Positions 1 through 8,829 of a DNA stretch of 64,000 bases are shown in pieces. The number at the start of each line of letters is the position of its first letter. Positions within the stretch are counted from its first letter, which is position 1. The notes beneath the pieces are model-generated. The model was given only the letters and a program-made list of their open reading frames with translations, ran no database searches and was not told the DNA's origin. This stretch comes from Clostridia bacterium. GTDB lineage: Bacteria; Bacillota; Clostridia; Christensenellales; Aristaeellaceae. The DNA lies in contig JAFUHD010000292.1 of the NCBI GenBank assembly GCA_017469025.1, forward strand, positions 1,539 through 65,538, in the 5' to 3' direction. The position numbers were made by a program, and so were the translations under genes.

Positions 1-4
1 CCCG

Positions 5-373
5 ATGATGGATGATCATTTCACCCATGAAGCACCGCAGATGCGGAGCGACATCCGTGAGTATGATGACCATTACAATCTGTCCATGGAACTCGCGGGC
101 TTTGGAAAGAATGATGTAAAGGTAGATCTTGACAACGGCTACCTGACCGTTCATGCCGAACGCAACAACACGAATGATGAAAAGGACGACAACGGCCGTA
201 TCATCCGCAGCGAGCGCTTTTCGGGCAGCTGCCAGCGCAGCTTCTACGTCGGCGATAAAGTCAAAAAGGAAGATATCGCCGCCCAGTTTGAAGATGGTAT
301 TCTTCACCTGAACATTCAGAAGCCGGCACTGACTGCTCCAGCCGATACGACAAAGTACATCGAGATTCAGTAA
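5..373 (+). CDS. Hsp20/alpha-crystallin family small heat-shock protein (possibly 5'-truncated by the window edge)
   Basis: ORF 5..373. It shows an alpha-crystallin domain pattern (YNLSMELAGFGKNDVKVDLDNGYLTVHAE ... FEDGILHLNIQK ... IEIQ). The frame stays open to base 2, so the true start may lie upstream of the window. Confidence 0.85.
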   Translation: MMDDHFTHEAPQMRSDIREYDDHYNLSMELAGFGKNDVKVDLDNGYLTVHAERNNTNDEKDDNGRIIRSERFSGSCQRSFYVGDKVKKEDIAAQFEDGILHLNIQKPALTAPADTTKYIEIQ

Positions 374-392
374 TGTGCAGGAGGACACCGCT

Positions 393-779
393 ATGATGAG
401 CACCTATATGACAGTTCCCCATGCAGATTTAAGGCATGGTGCACACAATTCATCCCGTCCGATGAACTGCGATATTCTGGAATTTGAGGATCGTTATGAG
501 CTGAACCTTGAATTACCTGGTTTCCAGAAACAGGAGATTAAAATATCCCTCGAAAAGAACTATCTGACCGTTGAGGCAGTACATCCAAAGGCAGAAAATG
601 AGAACTGCCGCATCCTGCACAGCGAGCGTTATAACGGACCGTACCTGAGGACATTCCATGTTGGAGATGACGTCGATGATTCTGCTGTGACTGCAAAATA
701 TGAAAACGGCATTCTGCAGATTGTTCTTCAGAAACGGAAGGAAGTACCGGCACCATCCGGGCGCATTGAAATCCAGTAA
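393..779 (+). CDS. Hsp20/alpha-crystallin family small heat-shock protein (second tandem copy)
   Basis: The ORF track starts at GTG 375. ATG 393 is preferred because GGAGGA at 380-385 lies 7 nt upstream. It carries the same domain pattern as the first copy (YELNLELPGFQKQEIKISLEKNYLTVEA ... YENGILQIVLQK ... IEIQ). Confidence 0.88.
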   Translation: MMSTYMTVPHADLRHGAHNSSRPMNCDILEFEDRYELNLELPGFQKQEIKISLEKNYLTVEAVHPKAENENCRILHSERYNGPYLRTFHVGDDVDDSAVTAKYENGILQIVLQKRKEVPAPSGRIEIQ

Positions 780-785
780 ACATAA

Positions 786-814
786 AGGACCTGTTCCATA
801 TAGGAACAGGTCCT
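786..814. terminator. Bidirectional intrinsic terminator between the convergent Hsp20 and GH31 genes
   Basis: A 12-bp perfect stem AGGACCTGTTCC / GGAACAGGTCCT with a 5-nt loop. It is flanked by AAA on the 5' side and GTTTCTTT on the 3' side. Confidence 0.75.
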
Positions 815-820
815 GTTTCT

Positions 821-2839
821 TTATATGCGCTCAAATACTGGAATGCTGTCAATGGGTGCAGATGCAGCAACAATTCTGCCGCCGCTTATGATCTCTCCGC
901 TGCGTATATCTTTCCACTGCCCATTTGGAAGATAAACATTACGGCTCTGTACCTTCGGTTCAAGAACCGGTGCCACAAGATAATCCGGACCGAACATATA
1001 CTGGTCTGAGAGCGTCCAGCATACCGGATCATCCGGAAACTCATAAAACATTGCCCGCATCAGTGGAGATCCATTCTCGTGTGCCTCCCTGAATATCCGG
1101 CTGATATACGGTTTCATGGAAATACGGAGCTCATAGTGCCGGCGCATAATTCCGTAAATTTTCTCACCATAACTCCACATCTCATTGTCCTGACCGGTAT
1201 GCAGATAGCCGCCGCCAAAGTTCCGGTCATCCAGTGCGGGAATTGTAAAAGGTTCCCTGTCGCCATGCAGCCGCATGACCGGCTGGAACACTGCCCATTC
1301 ATACCAGCGGACCAGAAGCTCCCTGAATTCAGGATCAAATACATTTCCTTCCATAAAACCGCCAATATCCGTGTTCCACCATGGAATACCTGCAAGTCCG
1401 ATATTCAGTCCTGCCTGCAGCTGATCCCGCATGCTTTCCCATGTGGACGGCACATCGCCTGACCAGAGCACATTCCCATATTTCTGGCTGCCTGCCCATC
1501 CGGAACGCAGCAGATTAACCGGTTCATCACCCAGCGCCCGCATCGGTTCATCATAAGCACGGCTGTACCATTGTGGATAGATGTTTGAACACATCATTGC
1601 AGGTCCGATATAATAACGGAAATTATCAAAATCATACCTGGTCAGATCAGGTTCCGAATTATCCAGCCAGAATCCGTCGATGCCGTAGTCATAATAATGT
1701 GCCTTGCACTTTTCCCAGACATATTCTCTGGTCTCCGGATTGGTCGGATCAATCTCCACACAGTCTCCCTGATAATCATAAGTCTGCATGGCACCACGTT
1801 CTGTCCGCATCAGCAGACCGCGCTCAACCATTTCCGCAAAGTTTTCGCTTCTGCGGTCTACACTTGGCCACACGGATACAATAACCCTGATCCCCATGCT
1901 GTGAAGCTCATCTACCATTGCCTTTGGATCTGGCCAGTATGTTTTATCAAACTTCCAGTCCCCCTGTACTGTCCAGTGAAAGAAATCAATGATAATCACA
2001 TCCAGATGAATGCCCTGTTCATGATACCGCCTTGCAACAGAAAGCACTTCCTCCTGCGTACGGTATCTCAGCTTGCACTGCCAGAATCCCATTCTGTCCT
2101 CCGGCATCATGGGCGCACGTCCTGATACGGCTGTATAATGTTCAAGCAGTCCTTTCGGATCATCTGCCACTGTGATCCAGTAATCCATATCCTTGCAGCA
2201 GGCTGCTTCCCACATGGTCTCATTCTTTCCAAATGTCACACGCCCAACTGCCGGATTGTTCCAAAGCAGTCCATAACCCAGACTCGATACAAGGAACGGA
2301 ACCGTCGTCTGGCTGTTTTTTTGTGCAAGTTCCAGCGTACATCCTTTGAGATCCATATACGGCTGCTGATACTGACCCATTCCGAAGAGCTTTTCAACAT
2401 CATTCGGTTCAAAGCGCACCGTCAGACGGTAATCTCCGCCGATATAGGGAACCCATTCACGATTGACAACTTTAAGACAGTGACTTTCCTTCGTGATACT
2501 TCCGCCATAATTTTTGAACACTTCACGCAGAATTTTAATACCATCCCGGTACAGTGTAATGACACCGCCGTGATTCACCATCGCACGTATACGTCCGTTT
2601 GTAATTGCGGCAGCAGGATACTGCCTGAAGCTTCCGTCACCTTCCCGTTTCGTTTCCTCGAACAGTTCTATCTGTGCTGAAGCGGAAGGAACAGATTCCG
2701 TCAGTGCCCAGTCCTGCACGCTGAATGCAGGATACATGGTTGCCCGGATCCTCAGTGCATCCTGACCCCATGCTTCAATGCGAAGCATTTCTCCCTGACG
2801 TCTGCAGACAAGCGCATTTTCTTCAACGATAAACTGCAT
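821..2839 (-). CDS. Glycoside hydrolase family 31 (alpha-xylosidase/alpha-glucosidase-like)
   Basis: 672-aa ORF. GH31-type catalytic region motifs are present: GIDGFWLDNSEPD, VLWSGDV and IPWWNTDIGGF. Confidence 0.85.
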   Translation of the reverse strand: MQFIVEENALVCRRQGEMLRIEAWGQDALRIRATMYPAFSVQDWALTESVPSASAQIELFEETKREGDGSFRQYPAAAITNGRIRAMVNHGGVITLYRDGIKILREVFKNYGGSITKESHCLKVVNREWVPYIGGDYRLTVRFEPNDVEKLFGMGQYQQPYMDLKGCTLELAQKNSQTTVPFLVSSLGYGLLWNNPAVGRVTFGKNETMWEAACCKDMDYWITVADDPKGLLEHYTAVSGRAPMMPEDRMGFWQCKLRYRTQEEVLSVARRYHEQGIHLDVIIIDFFHWTVQGDWKFDKTYWPDPKAMVDELHSMGIRVIVSVWPSVDRRSENFAEMVERGLLMRTERGAMQTYDYQGDCVEIDPTNPETREYVWEKCKAHYYDYGIDGFWLDNSEPDLTRYDFDNFRYYIGPAMMCSNIYPQWYSRAYDEPMRALGDEPVNLLRSGWAGSQKYGNVLWSGDVPSTWESMRDQLQAGLNIGLAGIPWWNTDIGGFMEGNVFDPEFRELLVRWYEWAVFQPVMRLHGDREPFTIPALDDRNFGGGYLHTGQDNEMWSYGEKIYGIMRRHYELRISMKPYISRIFREAHENGSPLMRAMFYEFPDDPVCWTLSDQYMFGPDYLVAPVLEPKVQSRNVYLPNGQWKDIRSGEIISGGRIVAASAPIDSIPVFERI

Positions 2840-3179
2840 ATTTCTTCCTCCATTGCATCTCTTGATTCTGCCGCACTGTTCATTACATGCGAAACATAAA
2901 CTCTGTGTGCATGCATTATATCTGAAACTCTACTTTCTGAAAAGCAAGAACATGCTGCTGTCCACATTCAGTCCGTACGCAGAAAACCAGACAGGATTTT
3001 CATGCCAGCTACGCCTTACAGCCCTGTTATGTTTCTATACGCAGGCGTACACTTTTCACCCCTGAGTATTTTCATCCTCGTCATTACCGCCGACAGCTTT
3101 TTATATAAAACTGACTGCAGAAAACCCATGACTGAACTTTGAAAGCAGCAAATGACACCTTGCATAGCACATAAAAAAA

Positions 3180-3200
3180 GCCCTGCATATCCTGCAGGGC
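3180..3200. terminator. Intrinsic terminator downstream of tRNA-Thr (usable on both strands)
   Basis: Stem GCCCTGCA / TGCAGGGC with loop TATCC. It is preceded by A7 and followed by T5, and lies 6 nt from the tRNA 3' end on the minus strand. Confidence 0.75.
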
Positions 3201-3206
3201 TTTTTG

Positions 3207-3282
<76 letters not shown>

Positions 3283-3292
3283 AACGGGAGAT

Positions 3293-3321
3293 ATTCTAAC
3301 AGATTAACTTTCAAAATGCAA
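3293..3321 (-). promoter_or_regulatory. Sigma-A type promoter for tRNA-Thr
   Basis: On the minus strand: -35 TTGCAT (3316..3321), a 17-nt spacer, and an extended -10 TGtTAGAAT (-10 at 3293..3298). The predicted start is a few nt before the mature tRNA 5' end. An almost pure A/T tract (about 3322..3390) lies upstream, like an UP element. Confidence 0.6.
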
Positions 3322-3420
3322 CACTTTTTTTATTTTTATTTTTAAATATTTTATTATATAATTATTTATATTATAAATAAACCATCAAAATGGCTCTGCC
3401 TTCAGGCAGAGCCTTCAATA

Positions 3421-4500
3421 TCAGATGGTTGTCGGAGGAAGCGTACTCTCAATGATAGGCGCTTCAGTTTCGGTCTGCGGGGCAGGTGTAGCTTCAGGCT
3501 GGGTAAAACCATATCCTTCGGTTGCTGTTCCAGGAACTTCCTCAACAATTTTCAGCTCAGGCGTCGGAACAGGGGTTGGGACTGGCGTTGCCTCAGCAGC
3601 AGCTTTTGCCTCTGCTTCTGCACGGGCTGCAGCCTCTGCGGCCTCTCTCATGCGCCGGGCCTCAAGGATCGCCGCCTCGGTAACCGGTGCACGTCCTGAT
3701 TCCGTTACGCCAAGCGCCTGCTGCATGATTTCATACGGACAGTCACTGCTCAGTTTGGTATCACGGTATTTACTTGAAGATGTATGACGTCCCTTGCGGA
3801 GTTCAACATGCGTATAATGGGATGTCTTTACATGGCGGATACCGTATTTGGCATAAGTCACATTGTTCTCATAACCGGCATAAATAGCCTTGCCGCCTTC
3901 CTCGCCGATAATATCTCCCGCTTTGATCTCCTGACCGCGCTTCACATTGATCTTCTGGCAGTGGAGATACAGAAGGGTAATATCATATTCCTCGTTATAA
4001 ATGCCGATGGTACCATTTTTGTCGCCGGCACGTGTTACGACGCCGTCCAGAATGGAATGAAGCTTGCTGCCTTTATAGCTGACAAAATCAATTCCCTCGT
4101 GAACACCTGAAAAACCGCTTTTACCGTTTTTCCCCTTAATACGCTCACAGTACTGGCCGTAGAGCAGTGCGGTTTCGCCGAAATCAGCACCATACAGTCT
4201 GATACGCATCGCATCCGTAATATCCATTACGATCGGTGCCACGGCAAGCGTGCCATTGCTGTCCTTGACAAAGTACTCTGCAGGTACTGCAGAAGAAAAT
4301 GGTGTAAGTGCATATTCTCCATGATTGTACGCATACACATTGTCATAGTATGAAACCTTGACGCTGCGTACATTTCTGTAGCTGTTGACAAACCAGCGGT
4401 ACGCCGTAGTGATCTTAAAGGTATCCTCTGATTCTGCAAAACATGTACAGACAATGCTTACAAGCAGAACTGCCAGAACAAAGATAACAGTCTTTTTCAT
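3421..4500 (-). CDS. Secreted M23/LytM-family peptidase with Ala/Glu/Pro/Thr-rich C-terminal tail
   Basis: The start is set at ATG 4500 (MKKTVIFVLAVLLVSIVC..., signal-peptide-like) with GGAGGG upstream. The HxxxD motif is present (VHEGIDF), and the YLHCQKINVKRGQEIKAGDIIGEEG block is typical of M23. The tail is low complexity (AEAAARAEAEAKAAAEATPVPTPVPTPE). Confidence 0.75.
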   Translation of the reverse strand: MKKTVIFVLAVLLVSIVCTCFAESEDTFKITTAYRWFVNSYRNVRSVKVSYYDNVYAYNHGEYALTPFSSAVPAEYFVKDSNGTLAVAPIVMDITDAMRIRLYGADFGETALLYGQYCERIKGKNGKSGFSGVHEGIDFVSYKGSKLHSILDGVVTRAGDKNGTIGIYNEEYDITLLYLHCQKINVKRGQEIKAGDIIGEEGGKAIYAGYENNVTYAKYGIRHVKTSHYTHVELRKGRHTSSSKYRDTKLSSDCPYEIMQQALGVTESGRAPVTEAAILEARRMREAAEAAARAEAEAKAAAEATPVPTPVPTPELKIVEEVPGTATEGYGFTQPEATPAPQTETEAPIIESTLPPTTI

Positions 4501-4756
4501 ATTCCCTCCGAAATAAAATCGGACATTGTCCAATTATCATACATGATAATATAAGCTGCCAGATAGATTATATCAAATCAGGCAAAAAACTCAAGCCTTC
4601 ATCAAGGATTTGCAAGGAAAATGGTAAAATTTACGGAAATGCTGAGTTTTGCGAAAGCTGTTTTTTCCAACATACAGTATTAAGATCTGGACTGGAGACG
4701 AAAACCATGAAAAATGATCATATCACCTCAAGGCGATTGACACCCCAACAGGGGAG

Positions 4757-4837
4757 ATGACCTGGCACTATGTGCTGGTTTGTCAAATAATGACAACTGC
4801 AATTGATACGGTGCAGAAAACACAACTGTGCCATTAA
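4757..4837 (+). repeat. Copy A of the ~85-nt structured dispersed repeat (orphan copy, no gene downstream on this strand)
   Basis: ATGACCTGGCACTATGTGCTGGTTTGTCAAATAATGACAACTGCAATTGATACGGTGCAGAAAACACAACTGTGCCATTAA aligns along its length with the copies at 15461, 18106 (rc), 18192 (rc) and 57786. Confidence 0.8.
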
Positions 4838-4928
4838 TGGATCCTTAAAACATCTTTACTGCCATCAGTGAAAACAGAGATGATTGTAAGCCAGTCGCAC
4901 TGAAAGGCGACTGGCTTATTCTCCTGGA

Positions 4929-5954
4929 TCAGGTATTATTGTTCACATTTTCTGAAGGATTAGCAGTGCTATTTTTTCCTTTTCCCTGCGGAAGTTTCAT
5001 TTCAAGCCGGTGGTGCCGTTTGTTTTCTGGAATCATCTTGAATGCATGATACTTGTTTTTGACACTCTTTACCTGTGACTCGCCTGCCTGTGATATCCGC
5101 TGGCTGACAACAATCTTCCCATTTGACCCTTTTTTGAAATGCATGTTTCCCTGAAGATAACCGTGACTGTGACAGCGGACAATTGCCTCATACTTTTCCT
5201 TGCCGGCATCAAACCATGGAACAGCAAAATTCGCCCTGCTGCCGCAGACCGGACAGTTGATCCGCGTTACACGGCTGTCACCGATCGCATCTGCATAATT
5301 GATGTATGAGGTTGGAAATGTCAGTATCTTCGCCAGTGCAATTCTTTTCTCTTTATCAAGGACTTCCAGAAGATGTGCGAATTTTTCTTCAGGAAGATCA
5401 TTGAGTTTTTCATTGATCAGCGGCAGAAGAAGATTGGTTGCCTCTGCATCATATACAGCCCGGTGTGCAGGAATTTCACTTTCAATGGACATCTCCGCAA
5501 GCGCAGAATGCAGATTGAACTGACGGCTTTCAGCACCATAAAACAGATATCCGAACAGCAGCTGCGCATCCAGCGGCGGATCAAACGGCATCTTTTCATG
5601 ATAAAATTCCGTATTCCGCTTGAGTACGGGAAAATCATCCCGTCCCCATGTCACAAGATGTGCGCCGTCCGCCCACTGGACAAACTCATGCCAGGCAGAA
5701 GGAAAACTGCAGCCATGATTCAGTTCTTCCTGTGTTATCCCTGTTACTTTCTGAATATGCTTATCAATCTGCCTGTATATCTTTGGATGGAGCAGACGGC
5801 TGAAAAAGGACTCTATATGTCCTTCTGCATCAATCCGGCAGGCACCAATTTCAATGATCTCATGAGGCAATTTTGGATTTGTATAATAAGTTCCCTGATT
5901 CCATTCAAGATCCAGTATTACAACAGGCTGATCATCTATGAGTCGGTTAAACAT
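4929..5954 (-). CDS. DEDDh 3'-5' exonuclease (DnaQ/KapD-like) fused to a C-terminal zinc-ribbon-like region
   Basis: Exo motifs are ILDLEWN (Exo I), VTWGRDDF (Exo II) and HRAVYDAEA (Exo III, DEDDh). The C-terminal part has CPVCG ... RCHSHG. The start overlaps the stop of the upstream HAD gene by 8 nt. Confidence 0.8.
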   Translation of the reverse strand: MFNRLIDDQPVVILDLEWNQGTYYTNPKLPHEIIEIGACRIDAEGHIESFFSRLLHPKIYRQIDKHIQKVTGITQEELNHGCSFPSAWHEFVQWADGAHLVTWGRDDFPVLKRNTEFYHEKMPFDPPLDAQLLFGYLFYGAESRQFNLHSALAEMSIESEIPAHRAVYDAEATNLLLPLINEKLNDLPEEKFAHLLEVLDKEKRIALAKILTFPTSYINYADAIGDSRVTRINCPVCGSRANFAVPWFDAGKEKYEAIVRCHSHGYLQGNMHFKKGSNGKIVVSQRISQAGESQVKSVKNKYHAFKMIPENKRHHRLEMKLPQGKGKNSTANPSENVNNNT

Positions 5955-6567
5955 GCTCTACCTTTCTTACGGTATTGGAATAATCCTCAAGAGAAATTCT
6001 GGTGACACTGCCGCTCTTAGGATCCACGAGATACTGCTCGGAAGCCAGTTCAAGAAGCGGTCTGTCTGCCCGTATATTGTCTGTATACATCGCCCTGACC
6101 GATACATTGCCGTATTTTTCCCGGATTCTTCTGATTTTTTCCGAACTCTTGCAGTTTTTTCCGATAACCCGTCCTGTTTCTGCATCACAGCAGGTGCAGA
6201 TGAGATCCGTTCCAAGCTGCCCGGCGATCCACTTCAGCTCAAAATCCGGCGAGGCTGATGCAATTACGACCGGCAAATCACTTCGCCTGTCTGCAAACCA
6301 GCCGTTAATCTTCTCCTGTGCACGCCTGGATGCCCAGAATGCTTTCCCGGATGCTTCAAGATCCATATGCCGTGAAAGCATTGAAAACAGCTTTGACTTA
6401 AAACGTGTCAGATCACGTGTCACACACAAATGAATGACATCCGGAATCAGCAGAACCAGAAAAAATGCCAGCCATTTCTGCCTGTTCAGGACAAAGAAAA
6501 GAAAATCAACTGTAGAATCTCCACGATAGATGGTACCATCAAAATCATATACATCAATAGTCTGCAC
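5947..6567 (-). CDS. HAD-superfamily hydrolase (subfamily IB-like)
   Basis: N-terminal DxDxT motif (VYDFDGTIYRGDST), followed by VIASASP and MYTDNIRAD motifs typical of the HAD fold. Confidence 0.75.
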   Translation of the reverse strand: MQTIDVYDFDGTIYRGDSTVDFLFFVLNRQKWLAFFLVLLIPDVIHLCVTRDLTRFKSKLFSMLSRHMDLEASGKAFWASRRAQEKINGWFADRRSDLPVVIASASPDFELKWIAGQLGTDLICTCCDAETGRVIGKNCKSSEKIRRIREKYGNVSVRAMYTDNIRADRPLLELASEQYLVDPKSGSVTRISLEDYSNTVRKVEHV

Positions 6568-6725
6568 GATACGCTATCCTCTTTGAAAGTGGTGTTTAGT
6601 AATCCAAAATAAGATATTTCCCGGTTAAAAATGGAGCATATGTGGAGAAAAATACGTCTAATACATTGACATTTGGAGTAAATGTTATAAAATTGAACTG
6701 AATCTATAAAAAGGAGATCTTCAAC

Positions 6726-7538
6726 GTGAAAGACATCTCTGTCACTTATCTGGGCGGAAGCGGCTTCCTGACCTGGTATGGTGATACAGGATTTCTGTTT
6801 GACGCCAGCAAAAACAGCCCTGATGAGCGCATACTGCCTGATTCTGAAACGCTCAGCCGGTTCAGCCGACTCTTCGTTTTTGTCAGCCAGCATCATGAGA
6901 ATACATTTGACCCGGAGATATATGAGATTGTTCCGGATCACACTGTCTTCTTCCTTGGATATGATATTCCGGAACCCTACACCGGCATACGGCTGAAGCC
7001 CGGAGAAACCACACAGATAGATGGCCTGACTGTCAAAGCCTATGATTCTACAGATGAAGGCGTTTCCTTCCTGATCAGTCTGGACGGTATCACTCTGTTC
7101 CACGCAGGAAATCTGAATCTCTGGCACTGGCGCGATGAATCATCTGTTACTGAAATTGAAGCTGCTGAACAGGATTTCTATAACTGCGTCGCCCCGATCA
7201 TTGAAGACAGGCCGGAAATCGATATCGCCTTTTTCCCGGTGGATCCGCGGCAGGGCAGTATGTACGATGTTGGTGCAGGATACTTTCTGATGAATCTCAA
7301 GCCTCATGTCATGATTCCCATGCATTTTCAGGGCAGAGGCGATGTCGCCCTCCGTTTTGCAGTAACTAATGAAAATGATGCCACAAAGGTTATCGCCCTG
7401 CAGAAAGCAGGCGATCAAACAAGTGTGAGCATTCCTGATTCCGAACAGACAGCCCCGGATCAGAAACTCATTGATTTTCTGAAAAACAATCCGGCTGAGG
7501 AACCGGAGGAAGCCATACAGGACCACGCCTGCAGATGA
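6726..7538 (+). CDS. MBL-fold metallo-hydrolase family protein
   Basis: GTG start with AGGAG about 9 nt upstream. The layout is beta-lactamase-fold-like (YLGGSGFL..., FVSQHHENTFD, LFHAGNL, IPMHF). The product is assigned at family level only. Confidence 0.6.
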   Translation: MKDISVTYLGGSGFLTWYGDTGFLFDASKNSPDERILPDSETLSRFSRLFVFVSQHHENTFDPEIYEIVPDHTVFFLGYDIPEPYTGIRLKPGETTQIDGLTVKAYDSTDEGVSFLISLDGITLFHAGNLNLWHWRDESSVTEIEAAEQDFYNCVAPIIEDRPEIDIAFFPVDPRQGSMYDVGAGYFLMNLKPHVMIPMHFQGRGDVALRFAVTNENDATKVIALQKAGDQTSVSIPDSEQTAPDQKLIDFLKNNPAEEPEEAIQDHACR

Positions 7539-7588
7539 GAAGGATTCTGAAACCGAAGATCATTCTGAAAACATTGAATGATGTGTAT

Positions 7589-8260
7589 TCAGGCATGCTC
7601 CACTGAAATGACTCTCAGCTGCTTATCCTTTACACAGAACCGGATATTGAATCCGGCAAACAGCATTCCATATATTCTTTCCGGATCAGACTGATAGGCT
7701 GGTCTGGGATCCAGTGCAAGCGCTTCAAACAGCGCTTGCCTTTTTTTATCTGGAATCTTTTGAGACAGATTTTCGGGAAAATCAACCGACAATATCTGGA
7801 CAGATTCATCCGAAAAACCATGCGCTGCTTCCGGATGTGCATCCGTATAAGGCAGATATGGCTTGATATCAATGATCGGCGTGCCATTCAGCAGATCTGC
7901 GCCGCTGACAATCAGTACAGGCGCCTCCGGTGATGTAAGATCTACCGATTCAAGACGTACACACGAAAGTCCTATATGATTTGGACGGAACGGGGAACGC
8001 GTTGCAAAAACACCTCTGCGTTCATTGCCTCCAAGCCTTGGCGGACGAACAGTTGCACTGAAAGGCGCCTCAGGCGGAACTTCAGAAAACAGCCACAGCA
8101 ACCATAGATACGAGTATCCCTCAATCCCCCTTACCGCCTCGATCTGACGGTACGGTTTTTCAAAGATAATCCTTTCCCTGGAGGAAACAGCCAGTCCGCT
8201 CTGCCTCGGTATGCCAAATTTTTCATCATAGGCACTTTCAATCCTGGCAATGATTTCCAT
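7589..8260 (-). CDS. trmO: tRNA (N6-threonylcarbamoyladenosine(37)-N6)-methyltransferase TrmO (YaeB/TsaA family)
   Basis: Conserved YaeB/TsaA blocks are present: FGIPRQSGL, SYLWLLWLF, RGVFATRSPFRPNHIGLSCVRL and TPIIDIKPY. GGAGGA precedes the ATG. Confidence 0.85.
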   Translation of the reverse strand: MEIIARIESAYDEKFGIPRQSGLAVSSRERIIFEKPYRQIEAVRGIEGYSYLWLLWLFSEVPPEAPFSATVRPPRLGGNERRGVFATRSPFRPNHIGLSCVRLESVDLTSPEAPVLIVSGADLLNGTPIIDIKPYLPYTDAHPEAAHGFSDESVQILSVDFPENLSQKIPDKKRQALFEALALDPRPAYQSDPERIYGMLFAGFNIRFCVKDKQLRVISVEHA

Positions 8261-8579
8261 CCCATCCTCCTAAATATTGTTGTGCTTTCGGCATCATATC
8301 AACTGCTGATGTTTTTTTTTTGACAAATTGGCACGAAGTGACGGGCAATTCAAGCATTTATACCACCGGCAGTTGTCCGGTATGCATTATATCGCCTGCA
8401 TCAGGCTGCACCATTCTAGCATTTCTTATTTAAGGAATCAATCTGCCGGGATAAAACTTGTGCTGTACTTCACCTGCAGGCTTTACATATTTCGGAAGAA
8501 TCATTGAATCCCTGTCCTGTCTGCCTGTTATATTGAAAGTATTTTTCAGCTGTTTTTCATGGTTATTTCAGCTGCTTTC

Positions 8580-8608
8580 TTGACAATACCAGGCTTTTTC
8601 TTCATAAT
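8580..8608 (+). promoter_or_regulatory. Candidate sigma-A promoter upstream of dnaN
   Basis: TTGACA (8580..8585), a 17-nt spacer and CATAAT (8603..8608). The DnaA boxes lie downstream, in the would-be leader. Confidence 0.45.
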
Positions 8609-8662
8609 AATCATGGCGTATTTCGCAGGTCAGATATCATTATCCTGCCAGCCCACAATTTT

Positions 8663-8774
8663 TGTGGATAAATTGTGGATTATTTTTGAGTTTTCCACGC
8701 TGTTTTCAGGAAGTTATCCACAGGCATTTTTCCTTGTATTTACGCTTTTCCCGGGTTTATCCACATTATCCACC
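8663..8774. promoter_or_regulatory. DnaA-box cluster 1 (oriC-like, upstream of dnaN)
   Basis: Perfect 9-mers: TGTGGATAA 8663..8671, TTATCCACA 8714..8722 and TTATCCACA 8757..8765. One-mismatch boxes: 8674..8682 (TGTGGATTA) and 8766..8774 (TTATCCACC). A weaker box lies at 8691..8699. The cluster is followed by CCCGAC and an AT-rich tract at 8779..8817. Confidence 0.8.
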
Positions 8775-8829
8775 CGACTAATACTTTTACTTCTATCTAT
8801 ATATACTACATCTACACATGGAGGATATT

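Noticed and set aside
8291-8321. Terminator-like hairpin (CATCA...TGATG) followed by T10 on the plus strand
   Set aside because: The stem is only 5 bp with a 10-nt loop, and no plus-strand gene lies upstream. The tract is more simply an A/T run in the trmO promoter and oriC-like spacer.
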